From IMG/VR virus record IMGVR_UViG_3300045988_033283, positions 1 to 34,545 of that record: a DNA stretch of 34,545 nt; one strand, written 5' to 3'. Shown in pieces: positions 7,854 through 14,743 of the stretch. The first letter of the stretch is position 1. Each line of letters starts with the position of its first letter. The stretch comes from a virus. A program made the translations under genes and the position numbers. The notes beneath the pieces are model-generated. The model saw only the letters and a list, made by a program, of their open reading frames with translations. It did no database searches and was not told the origin of the DNA.

Positions 7854-7961
7854 GTGGCACTCTATGACCTGATAAATGAGCTACTGCCTGAAGCGCCGGT
7901 CTACTACACCGACGAAGAATTGAAAGAACTAACCAATAAGGAGGGAATCGAACTGCTATGA
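7854..7961 (+). CDS. Possible 35-aa ORF (VALYDLINELLPEAPVYYTDEELKELTNKEGIELL)
   Basis: GTG start with gggag upstream; its stop overlaps the next ATG (ATGA). Below the ORF-track cutoff; weak evidence. Confidence 0.3.
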   Translation: MALYDLINELLPEAPVYYTDEELKELTNKEGIELL

Positions 7962-8440
7962 GTATGAGCATTTACGAGATAGACGATTCAATCTTGTCGC
8001 TGGTCGACATGGAGACGGGCGAGATTGAGGACGAGAAGCGCTTCGACGAGCTGCAGATGGAGCGCACGCAGAAGGTCGAGAACATCGGCTGCTTCTATAA
8101 GAACCTCGTGGCCGAAGCGAAGGCGATGAAGGAAGAGGAAGCGAACCTCGCACAGCGTCGCAAGGCCGTGGAGAACAAGGCCGAGCGCATCAAGGCCCTT
8201 CTGGTTTACGCGCTGAAGGGCGAGAAGTTCGAATCTCCAAGGCTCCGTTGCAGCTACCGCAAGTCGTCGAGCGTTCAGGTCGATGATTCCTTCATCGACT
8301 GGGCGCGTAAGAACGCAGGAGATTTGCTAACCTTCAAGGAGCCTACGCCGAACCGCGCGGCAATCAAGGCGGCTCTTGCTGACGGGCGCGAAATCGAGCA
8401 CGCCGAAATCGTCACCAACGAGAGCCTTCAGGTGAAGTGA
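7958..8440 (+). CDS. Siphovirus Gp157-like protein
   Basis: ORF track 160 aa. IYEIDDSILSLVD...EEEANLAQRRKAVENKAERIKALL...PNRAAIKAALADGREIEHAEIV fits the Gp157 pattern, as does its position ahead of the annealase and SSB. Confidence 0.8.
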   Translation: MSMSIYEIDDSILSLVDMETGEIEDEKRFDELQMERTQKVENIGCFYKNLVAEAKAMKEEEANLAQRRKAVENKAERIKALLVYALKGEKFESPRLRCSYRKSSSVQVDDSFIDWARKNAGDLLTFKEPTPNRAAIKAALADGREIEHAEIVTNESLQVK

Positions 8441-8441
8441 C

Positions 8442-8948
8442 ATGCGCGAGCTGAGGGCAGACGAAATCGAGGTTCGCGTGGGACAGTGCAGCCAGAGGGG
8501 CGTGTCGCTTCTGCTTTACAAAGACAGCCGTTGCGACATGCGCATCCTTGACGAGACTTTCGGCGTGATGGGTTGGCGCGACTCGTACCAGAGCATCAAC
8601 GGCGAGCTGTTCTGCACAATCGAAATCTGGGACGCGGAAAAATCACAGTGGATTGCCAAGCAGTCGAACGGCACGCCGTCAAATATGGAAGCCGAGAAGG
8701 GGCGCGCCTCGGACGCATTCAAGCGAGCCGGATTCATGCTCGGCATCGGGCGCGAGCTTTACACGGCCCCATTCATCTGGGTTCCAGCCGATAAGCTCAA
8801 CATCAAGCAGGGTAAGAACGGGCGCTTTCAATGCTACGACAATTTCCGCTGCGAGAAGGTCAGAATCGAGAGCGGCCAGATAACGGGGCTTAGCATCTAC
8901 AACGACACGAAAGGTTGCAGGGCTTTCGTCTTCGCAACCGGCAAATAG
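8442..8948 (+). CDS. Rad52/Sak-type single-strand annealing protein
   Basis: ORF track 168 aa; motif EKGRASDAFKRAGFMLGIGRELY. Confidence 0.8.
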   Translation: MRELRADEIEVRVGQCSQRGVSLLLYKDSRCDMRILDETFGVMGWRDSYQSINGELFCTIEIWDAEKSQWIAKQSNGTPSNMEAEKGRASDAFKRAGFMLGIGRELYTAPFIWVPADKLNIKQGKNGRFQCYDNFRCEKVRIESGQITGLSIYNDTKGCRAFVFATGK

Positions 8949-8957
8949 AGAGGAACG

Positions 8958-9200
8958 ATGAAAATGGAGAACACGGTTCAAATCACGAACACTGAATACA
9001 AAAACCTGCTGAAGGCGAAATTCGACATGGAAATGGTCAAGGACGTCCTGCTCAACATGGCGGGCACTGATTGGTCGGGAAAATACCTCACATGGAACGA
9101 TGCGACCACCAGCGCCGTCTTCCGCCACATCATGGGGGACGCATACGACAAGAAGCTCGAAGAGCTGAACGGCAAGGGGGCGTCTACTAATGAGCATTAA
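8958..9200 (+). CDS. Hypothetical protein
   Basis: ORF track 80 aa; RBS gagagg; its end overlaps the ssb start. Confidence 0.6.
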   Translation: MKMENTVQITNTEYKNLLKAKFDMEMVKDVLLNMAGTDWSGKYLTWNDATTSAVFRHIMGDAYDKKLEELNGKGASTNEH

Positions 9201-9582
9201 TCATGTTGCATTAGTAGGAAATTTGACGAGGTCACCAGAGCTTCGCAGCACGGCAAGCGGCACGCCTGTGCTGAGCTTCGGCATCGCTGTGAATGACCGA
9301 CGCAAGAACGCTTCGGGGCAATGGGAGGACGTTCCCAACTTCTTCGAGTGCGTCACCTTTGGAAACCGCGCCACGGCGCTGAGCGACATCCTCACGAAGG
9401 GCATGAAGGTCGCAATCGCGGGCAAGCTCCACTATTCGAGCTGGGAGAAGGCCGGCCAGAAGCATTCCAAGGTCGATATCATCGCGCAGGAAATCGAGCT
9501 AATGCAGAACCGCAAGCCGCAGCAGGACTACCAGCCGCCACAGCAGGCGCAGGCCGTCTACGACGAGTACATCCCGTTTTAG
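9190..9582 (+). CDS. ssb: Single-stranded DNA-binding protein
   Basis: ORF track 130 aa. OB-fold start INHVALVGNLTRSPELR, Q/P-rich linker and C-terminal tail DEYIPF. Confidence 0.95.
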   Translation: MSINHVALVGNLTRSPELRSTASGTPVLSFGIAVNDRRKNASGQWEDVPNFFECVTFGNRATALSDILTKGMKVAIAGKLHYSSWEKAGQKHSKVDIIAQEIELMQNRKPQQDYQPPQQAQAVYDEYIPF

Positions 9583-9610
9583 TCTACGTTTTAGTCTACG
9601 TTTTAGTCTA
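9576..9610. repeat. 12-bp tandem repeat GTTTTAGTCTAC x 2.9, beginning inside the last codons of ssb
   Basis: Copies at 9576-9587, 9588-9599 and 9600-9610, read directly. Each copy carries an in-frame TTT TAG. Confidence 0.9.
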
Positions 9611-9613
9611 ATC

Positions 9614-9639
9614 GGCGGGGCGCTTCAGAGCGTCCCGCC
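9614..9639 (+). terminator. GC hairpin after ssb (10-bp stem); no downstream U tract
   Basis: ggcggggcgc-ttcaga-gcgtcccgcc. Confidence 0.35.
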
Positions 9640-9666
9640 CACTCACTTGGAAGGAGGTGACGCGGA

Positions 9667-10131
9667 ATGATTGGTAGCACGATTGGAACAGCCGAGGAAA
9701 TCATTCATTGGCTGTTCTCGCAGCCGAAGGGCGAGCAGCTTTATGAAATCAAGGAGCGCAAGCGCAAGCGCACGCTAACCCAGAACGCATACTATTGGGC
9801 GATGCTCAACCAGCTTGGGCGAGTCCTGAGAATCCCGACTTCCGAACTTCATTTCCGCATGCTGAGGGAGCACGCGCCTTTCGAGGTCGTTAGCGTCCGT
9901 TCAGACATAGACGTCTCCGGGTACTTCCGATACTTCGAGGAAATCGGGACGGGATTCGCTGGCGGGCATGAGTTCACCCATTACCGCGTCTACAAGGGTT
10001 CCTCGCACATGGATTCGACTGAGTTCTCGCGTCTCATCGACGGCGCGCGGGAGGAATGCGAGGCGCAGGGCGTCCCGGTTCTCACCCGCGAGGAAATAGC
10101 AAGGCTGAGGTACGTGGAAGGCGAGGGATGA
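9667..10131 (+). CDS. NinB/Orf-like or HNHc_6-type recombination-associated protein
   Basis: ORF track 154 aa; RBS aaggaggtg; motif RTLTQNAYYWAMLNQL. Confidence 0.65.
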   Translation: MIGSTIGTAEEIIHWLFSQPKGEQLYEIKERKRKRTLTQNAYYWAMLNQLGRVLRIPTSELHFRMLREHAPFEVVSVRSDIDVSGYFRYFEEIGTGFAGGHEFTHYRVYKGSSHMDSTEFSRLIDGAREECEAQGVPVLTREEIARLRYVEGEG

Positions 10132-10445
10132 TGAGAGAGCACAGCATTCTCGGGTGCGGCGAATGGTACGACGAGCGGCACGGTGTCTTGATTGAATGGT
10201 ACGACGAGCGCGAACCGTGGCTCGTGCGACACGAGGTCTTCCACGGACCGAACCGCAAGAAGTCAATCGAGCTTGGCCTGTACGTCTTCCTATCGCCAGA
10301 CGCGCACAACATGAGCGCCTATGCTGTGCATTTCAACCGCCCGTTCGAAGAGTACCTTCAGGCGGTTTCGCAGCAGCGTGCCATGGAGCACTACGGCTGG
10401 ACGCTCGACGATTGGATGCGGGTAATAGGCAGAAACTACGTTTAG
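10128..10445 (+). CDS. Hypothetical protein (105 aa)
   Basis: ATG overlaps the previous stop (ATGATGA). The upstream part of ORF 10056-10445 lies inside the preceding gene. Confidence 0.6.
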   Translation: MMREHSILGCGEWYDERHGVLIEWYDEREPWLVRHEVFHGPNRKKSIELGLYVFLSPDAHNMSAYAVHFNRPFEEYLQAVSQQRAMEHYGWTLDDWMRVIGRNYV

Positions 10446-10458
10446 AAAGGGGGTTGCA

Positions 10459-10698
10459 ATGGTGAGCCAAAAGAAGATGGTTCTCGACTACATCAGGGAG
10501 TTCGGCAGCATCACGCCGCTGGACGCATTCAAGGACTTGGGGGTCACAAGGCTTGCGGCTGTTATCTTCGAGCTTAAGGAGGACGGCCACGACATACACA
10601 CGGAGCGGGAGCGCAGCAAGAACCGCTTCGGACAGGCCACGAGGTACGCACGCTACAGCTTCGGGAAGGGTGAAGACAATGGCAGCGCGGGCAAGTAA
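10459..10698 (+). CDS. Small winged-helix/HTH protein (HTH_39-like)
   Basis: ORF track 79 aa; RBS aaggggg; VLDYIREFGSITPLDAFKDLGVTRLAAVIFELKEDGHDI. Confidence 0.7.
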   Translation: MVSQKKMVLDYIREFGSITPLDAFKDLGVTRLAAVIFELKEDGHDIHTERERSKNRFGQATRYARYSFGKGEDNGSAGK

Positions 10699-11014
10699 GT
10701 ACCACGCGAAGAAGACAACCGTTAACGGAATCGAGTTCGACAGCGCCAAGGAGGCGAAGCGATACGTCAAGCTCCGCGATATGCAGGAAGCTGGAAGGAT
10801 TCGGGGACTTCGCCTTCAGGTGCCCTTCGAGATTCTGCCGAGCTTCGAGTGTGATGGCGTGAGGTACCGTGGAATGAGGTACATCGCCGACTTCGTCTAC
10901 TACCGCGACGGCAAGGTCGTTGTGGAGGACTGCAAAGGCTTCAAGACGCCAGAGTACAAGATGAAGAAAAAGCTCATGGCGTACATCAATCACATCAACA
11001 TCAAGGAATCGTGA
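10679..11014 (+). CDS. DUF1064-like protein (predicted nuclease/resolvase fold)
   Basis: SKYHAKKTTVNGIEFDSAKEAKRYVKL...IADFVY...VEDCKG pattern. Start set at MAARASKY (ATG 10679). Confidence 0.75.
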   Translation: MAARASKYHAKKTTVNGIEFDSAKEAKRYVKLRDMQEAGRIRGLRLQVPFEILPSFECDGVRYRGMRYIADFVYYRDGKVVVEDCKGFKTPEYKMKKKLMAYINHINIKES

Positions 11015-11023
11015 TGCTATAAT
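10995..11023 (+). promoter_or_regulatory. Candidate promoter: -35 TCAACA, 17-bp spacer, extended -10 TGCTATAAT
   Basis: tgctataat at 11015-11023, straddling the stop codon of the DUF1064-like gene. Confidence 0.35.
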
Positions 11024-11091
11024 AGGCCATGTAAGGGCAACAGGCTTACGGATAACACATAATTTCAAGTCGTGAACGCGACATGAAATAG

Positions 11092-11134
11092 GAAACCACG
11101 TCGTAGCTGTTACCTACGGCGTGGTTTCGTTTTG
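11092..11134 (+). terminator. Strong intrinsic terminator ending the early operon; its U tract runs into the RBS of the next gene
   Basis: gaaaccacgtcgtag-ctgttac-ctacggcgtggtttc (15-bp stem, one G-U), then gttttgg. Confidence 0.75.
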
Positions 11135-11143
11135 GAGGGCGGC

Positions 11144-11506
11144 ATGTACAGGCATTCGTACAGCGTCATTCTGGCAAGAAAGCTATCAAAGATGGAAGAC
11201 GTTGAATATCCCGTTGAAATGGCCGTGGTGACGGGGGAACTCATGTACAGAAGGAGCCTGAGAGAAAAAGACAGGTTTCTGATTGACTACCCAGAGTTTT
11301 TCAACAAGTACTCATACTTCAATTTTCCACCGTCCTTGGCTTTGCGTGATATAGACCACGTAGGAATTGCAGACATAGCCATTTTAGGAGAAGGTGGAAA
11401 GCTCATAAACGAAGGAGCTGTATTACCAGCTCCAATTGGTGACGGCGAAATCATCGTCGTAAAAATGAACCCGACGTTCGTTGAAGAATACGAGGGGTGG
11501 ATGTAA
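11144..11506 (+). CDS. AT-rich orphan protein (120 aa), function unknown
   Basis: ATG 11144 follows ggaggg. By hand count, 50 of 120 bases are G/C in 11281-11400, against about 60% in the structural genes. Confidence 0.65.
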   Translation: MYRHSYSVILARKLSKMEDVEYPVEMAVVTGELMYRRSLREKDRFLIDYPEFFNKYSYFNFPPSLALRDIDHVGIADIAILGEGGKLINEGAVLPAPIGDGEIIVVKMNPTFVEEYEGWM

Positions 11507-11508
11507 CG

Positions 11509-12330
11509 ATGAAATACACGATATTCGGCTTCAGCCAAGAGCAAGTCCTTAATCTGTGCGATGAGCATCAATCAATAGACGAACGCGACCTCATGATTCT
11601 GCGATGGATTATGGACTTCTATTTTGGTGGCATGGAGAAGAGGGTAATAGATGGGGTCGAATATGGGTGGGTCAATGCTTCATACGTATGCGACGAGCTA
11701 CCGATTATGCACCTCAACCCCGAAGCCGTAAGGCGCAGGCTCAAGAAGCTGGTGAAGTTCGGGCTGCTATATCATCAAAAAGTCAAGAACAGCGAAGTAG
11801 GCACGCGAGCGTATTACCGCCCAACCGAACAGGCCGTACAACTTCAAAGTGATACCCGTATCACTTCAAAGTGCGACGGGGGTACAACTTCAAAGTGCGA
11901 CCCCGTATCACTTCAAAGTAGCAACAAAGATTCTTCTATCAGTGACCCATCCATCACCAATCCATCTATCAAATGCGATAAGCCCTCGCGAAAGAGGGAG
12001 CCGCGCCACAAGTACGGAGAGTACCAGAACGTCCTTCTCAGTGACTCAGACATGGAGAAGCTAAAAGCCGAGTTCCCAACGGACTGGGAGGGGAGAATCG
12101 AGCGGCTCAGCTACTACATGGAATCGAAGGGCGTGAGTTACAAGAATCATCTGGCAACTATTCGGAACTGGGCACGGAAGGACAAGGAAGAGAAGAGGGG
12201 CACTGTTTCACGTGAAACATCAACAGGATTCAACAAGAAGGTAGACGCCGACTACTACTACCAGAGCACCGGTGACGAGGAGCTGGACAAGGTTCTGGAG
12301 GTCGGAAAGTACGCGCCGAAGACGCGATAG
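11509..12330 (+). CDS. Replisome organiser / DnaD-like replication initiator
   Basis: N-terminal winged-helix-like region (VRRRLKKLVKFGLL), C-terminal DnaD-like region (YKNHLATIRNWARKD), internal iterons, followed by a DnaC-like loader. A GTG at 11497 is an alternative start. Confidence 0.75.
   Translation: MKYTIFGFSQEQVLNLCDEHQSIDERDLMILRWIMDFYFGGMEKRVIDGVEYGWVNASYVCDELPIMHLNPEAVRRRLKKLVKFGLLYHQKVKNSEVGTRAYYRPTEQAVQLQSDTRITSKCDGGTTSKCDPVSLQSSNKDSSISDPSITNPSIKCDKPSRKREPRHKYGEYQNVLLSDSDMEKLKAEFPTDWEGRIERLSYYMESKGVSYKNHLATIRNWARKDKEEKRGTVSRETSTGFNKKVDADYYYQSTGDEELDKVLEVGKYAPKTR
11836..11921. repeat. Iterons: four copies of ACTTCAAAGT(G/A), arranged as two about 45-bp units, inside the replisome organiser gene; candidate ori
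   Basis: 11-mers start at 11841, 11863, 11887 and 11910 (22-24 bp spacing). Extended units are GTACAACTTCAAAGTG and CCGTATCACTTCAAAGTG. Confidence 0.8.
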
Positions 12331-12364
12331 AGACAAAGCCGCGATAGAGAGAGGAAGGATAATC

Positions 12365-13204
12365 ATGGACACGAACGGAATCATCGAGGGGCTTGCCAAG
12401 GCGGCAGCCCAGAACCACAAGCCGCACGAGGGTGACTACATCAAGGACGGCCTGCTCTACTGTGGAAAGTGCCACACGCCCAAGCAGTGCGAGATTGAGT
12501 GCGGCGGCAGGGTACTCAAGCCGTATTGCATGTGCAAGTGCGAGGTAGAGATGGAGGAAAGGCTCAAGGAAGAGGACAGGGCACGCGAGAGGATGCAGCG
12601 CGTGGACAGGATGCGCAGCACCGGCTTCCCGGACTCCGAGATGCGGGAGTGGACGTTCGCCAACGACGATGGCAAGGACGCGAGGACGATGGCGGCTATG
12701 AAGCGCTACGTCGAGAAGTTCCCGCAGATGCTGGAGAACGGCACCGGCCTTATGCTGTACGGGAACGTCGGAAGCGGGAAGAGCTTCGCCGCAGCATGCA
12801 TCGCCAACGCGCTCATAGAGAACGGCACGCCGTGCCTAATGACCAACTTCCAGCGCATCGTGAACAAGCTCTCGAACGGCTTCTCAGGTAGGCAGGAGTA
12901 CATCGACGGCCTCCAGAAGTTCGACCTGCTGGTTATCGATGACTTCGCCACCGAGCGTAAGACAGAGTACATGACCGAGCAGGTCACCGCCGTGATTGAC
13001 GCCCGCTACCGCTCGAAGCTTCCCCTGATAGTCACGACGAACATCAACCCGCGCGACCTCATGGCGGCAGACGGGATAGGCGAGCAGCGTGTGTACAGCA
13101 GAATCATGGACATGTGCGTTCCGGTGGCGTTCAACGGCTGCGACCGCAGGCGCTCCGAGTATGCCGCAAGGACGGCAGCAGCAAAGGAGCTGCTGGGGCT
13201 GTGA
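12365..13204 (+). CDS. DnaC/IstB-like AAA+ helicase loader with an N-terminal Cys-rich zinc-ribbon-like region
   Basis: Walker A GNVGSGKS, Walker B LLVIDD, CGKCHTPKQC...CMCKC. ATG 12365 follows gaggaagg. Confidence 0.9.
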   Translation: MDTNGIIEGLAKAAAQNHKPHEGDYIKDGLLYCGKCHTPKQCEIECGGRVLKPYCMCKCEVEMEERLKEEDRARERMQRVDRMRSTGFPDSEMREWTFANDDGKDARTMAAMKRYVEKFPQMLENGTGLMLYGNVGSGKSFAAACIANALIENGTPCLMTNFQRIVNKLSNGFSGRQEYIDGLQKFDLLVIDDFATERKTEYMTEQVTAVIDARYRSKLPLIVTTNINPRDLMAADGIGEQRVYSRIMDMCVPVAFNGCDRRRSEYAARTAAAKELLGL

Positions 13205-13506
13205 CCGAGCGCGAGCTTTCGCAGGCTCGCAGCCTACAGGCGGAGTTGGACGCGCTCCGCAGGGTTGCGACCCGCGAGCCAAGCAAGGACGTGCTGAGGG
13301 CGATAGACAGGCAGGCGAGGGCCGTGGAGTCGGCAAGGCTTGAGGTGATGGCATTCATAGCGACGATACCTGACCCCGGAATCAGGGCAATCGCGGTTAT
13401 GAGGTTTCTAGAGGGCAAGAGCTGGGAGACGATAGCGAGGCGCATGCACTATGACAGGACTTCGCCCGCGAAGCAGCTCAGGAGGTTCCTCCGTGGTAGA
13501 ATGTAG
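13201..13506 (+). CDS. Sigma-70 region-4-like HTH regulator (RinA/ArpU/DUF1492-type candidate late activator)
   Basis: GTG overlaps the previous stop (GTGA). IRAIAVMRFLEGKSWETIARRMHYDRTSPAKQLRRFL resembles a region-4 HTH. Confidence 0.65.
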   Translation: MTERELSQARSLQAELDALRRVATREPSKDVLRAIDRQARAVESARLEVMAFIATIPDPGIRAIAVMRFLEGKSWETIARRMHYDRTSPAKQLRRFLRGRM

Positions 13507-13535
13507 CCGCACCTATGTCGGTGCTCCTCTCTCTA

Positions 13536-13566
13536 GCGGCTCGCAAGTCACGACCTTGCGGGCCGC
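13536..13566 (+). terminator. 12-bp-stem hairpin after the regulator gene; no U tract
   Basis: gcggctcgcaag-tcacgac-cttgcgggccgc. Confidence 0.35.
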
Positions 13567-13594
13567 ACCCATATATGAGCGAAAAAAGGTTCAG

Positions 13595-13670
13595 ATTCTC
13601 GCTTGCGACTGCTCGTTATAGGTGTATACTAGTAACCGCAATAGGGGAAAGCGAGAGAAAGGAACCCCAA
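13595..13670 (+). promoter_or_regulatory. Promoter/leader cassette copy 1 (-35 TTGCGA 13603-13608, -10 TATACT 13625-13630)
   Basis: Shares ATAGGTGTATACTAGTA and the GAGAGAAAGGAAC leader with the copies at 13897, 14481 and 18350. Confidence 0.6.
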
Positions 13671-13856
13671 ATGGCAAACACAATCTTCGACACCGACTTC
13701 CAGCCCGACGATGAGGTTCTCCTCTATGATGGCTCACGGTTCCATTGGAGCGGAAAGGTCGGGGACATGACGGAATCCGACAAGGAAGACTACGACGTGG
13801 CCACGTGGTTCCTGCTGGATAAGATTGAGGAGTACAAGGCGCTCTTCGTAAGGTAG
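13671..13856 (+). CDS. Cassette-1 micro-protein (61 aa), unknown function
   Basis: ATG lies 5 nt after the conserved aaaggaac leader. The ORF-track extension to 13515 is a read-through of the promoter. Confidence 0.7.
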   Translation: MANTIFDTDFQPDDEVLLYDGSRFHWSGKVGDMTESDKEDYDVATWFLLDKIEEYKALFVR

Positions 13857-13890
13857 GAGAAGGCCCCCAGAAATGGGGGCTTTCTTCTTA
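13857..13890 (+). terminator. Intrinsic terminator (GAAA tetraloop)
   Basis: gagaaggccccca-gaaa-tgggggctttctt, followed by a T-rich tail. Confidence 0.8.
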
Positions 13891-13896
13891 GAAAAA

Positions 13897-13971
13897 CATT
13901 CCATTCTCGCTTGAAACCGAATAGCATAGGTGTATACTTGTTTCAGCAAGTGAGAGAGAAAGGAAACGGCA
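13897..13971 (+). promoter_or_regulatory. Promoter/leader cassette copy 2 (-35 TTGAAA 13911-13916, -10 TATACT 13933-13938)
   Basis: attctcgcttg, ataggtgtatact and gcaagtgagagagaaaggaaac are shared with the other copies. Confidence 0.6.
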
Positions 13972-14193
13972 ATGGGACACAACGACACGATGAAGGCTGA
14001 GCTTGATGCGGTAGTCAGCAGGACGATGAGCGAGTACGGCGAAGCTGGAGCAAAGGTCGTGTACTGCGAGCACAACGAACTCGGGGTGACGTTCGCGGCA
14101 GTTCTCGGCGATAGCGGAACCGTCTACCACTTCGACGCATACGGAGCAGTCACGAGCTACGTGACCACACCCAAGACGGTGGCAAGCTGCTAA
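13972..14193 (+). CDS. Cassette-2 small protein (73 aa), unknown function
   Basis: ORF track; ATG 5 nt after the conserved leader. Confidence 0.7.
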   Translation: MGHNDTMKAELDAVVSRTMSEYGEAGAKVVYCEHNELGVTFAAVLGDSGTVYHFDAYGAVTSYVTTPKTVASC

Positions 14194-14229
14194 TCTCAAG
14201 AACCACGACGATTAGGAAGGAAGTTCGCA

Positions 14230-14448
14230 ATGGTTATCGGTCTTCACAAGTACGGAATGCGCCTACGCCCGTATGGCATTGGTTGCCAGCCGATGCAAGG
14301 ATTCGTTTGCTGCGCTGACGGTGCGGTTGTTGACGGGCATAGATACCACGACTTCATCTACTACACCGAGCGCCTTAGCAAGGAAGATGCGAGCAATTAC
14401 GACCTCGATTATTTCGGCTACACGCTGATGGAAATCAACGAGAAGTGA
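14230..14448 (+). CDS. Small protein (72 aa), unknown function; second gene of cassette 2
   Basis: ORF track; RBS aggaagg 8 nt upstream. Confidence 0.7.
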   Translation: MVIGLHKYGMRLRPYGIGCQPMQGFVCCADGAVVDGHRYHDFIYYTERLSKEDASNYDLDYFGYTLMEINEK

Positions 14449-14451
14449 AAC

Positions 14452-14478
14452 AAGGCCTCGCTTCGGCGGGGCTTTTCA
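14452..14478 (+). terminator. Intrinsic terminator (TTCG loop)
   Basis: gcctcgc-ttcg-gcggggc followed by ttttc. Confidence 0.75.
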
Positions 14479-14480
14479 AT

Positions 14481-14620
14481 GCCAGAAATTCCCCGCAAGT
14501 TCTCCTTGCTTCCAATGTGATATAGGTATATACTTGAAAACAGCGAAAGGGAAAGGGCAAACGGCAGATACCATCGAGATACAGGCCGTCACTGCAAATC
14601 CCAGAGAGAAAGGAAACGAA
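14481..14620 (+). promoter_or_regulatory. Promoter/leader cassette copy 3 (-35 TTGCTT 14506-14511, -10 TATACT 14529-14534), with a leader about 45 nt longer
   Basis: tataggtatatacttg and agagagaaaggaaacgaa are conserved; extra sequence sits between them. Confidence 0.55.
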
Positions 14621-14743
14621 ATGGAGAAAGTGGACGGGCGCGAACGCTACTCGCTGTGCGGCGGCGCGGTCAAGGCCGAGAACTACCTGCATCACGCACT
14701 CACGGGCGAATGGCTCGAGTACCGAATGATGGGCGGAGAGTAG
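14621..14743 (+). CDS. Cassette-3 micro-protein (40 aa: MEKVDGRERYSLCGGAVKAENYLHHALTGEWLEYRMMGGE)
   Basis: ATG 4 nt after the conserved aaaggaaac leader. The ORF-track start at 14534 lies in the leader. Confidence 0.5.
   Translation: MEKVDGRERYSLCGGAVKAENYLHHALTGEWLEYRMMGGE

Noticed and set aside
9576-9610. Considered whether the short tandem repeat or the four repeated cassettes could be a CRISPR array
   Set aside because: The 12-bp units are contiguous with no spacers. The cassette repeats are promoter/leader sequences separated by coding ORFs and terminators. No cas genes are present.
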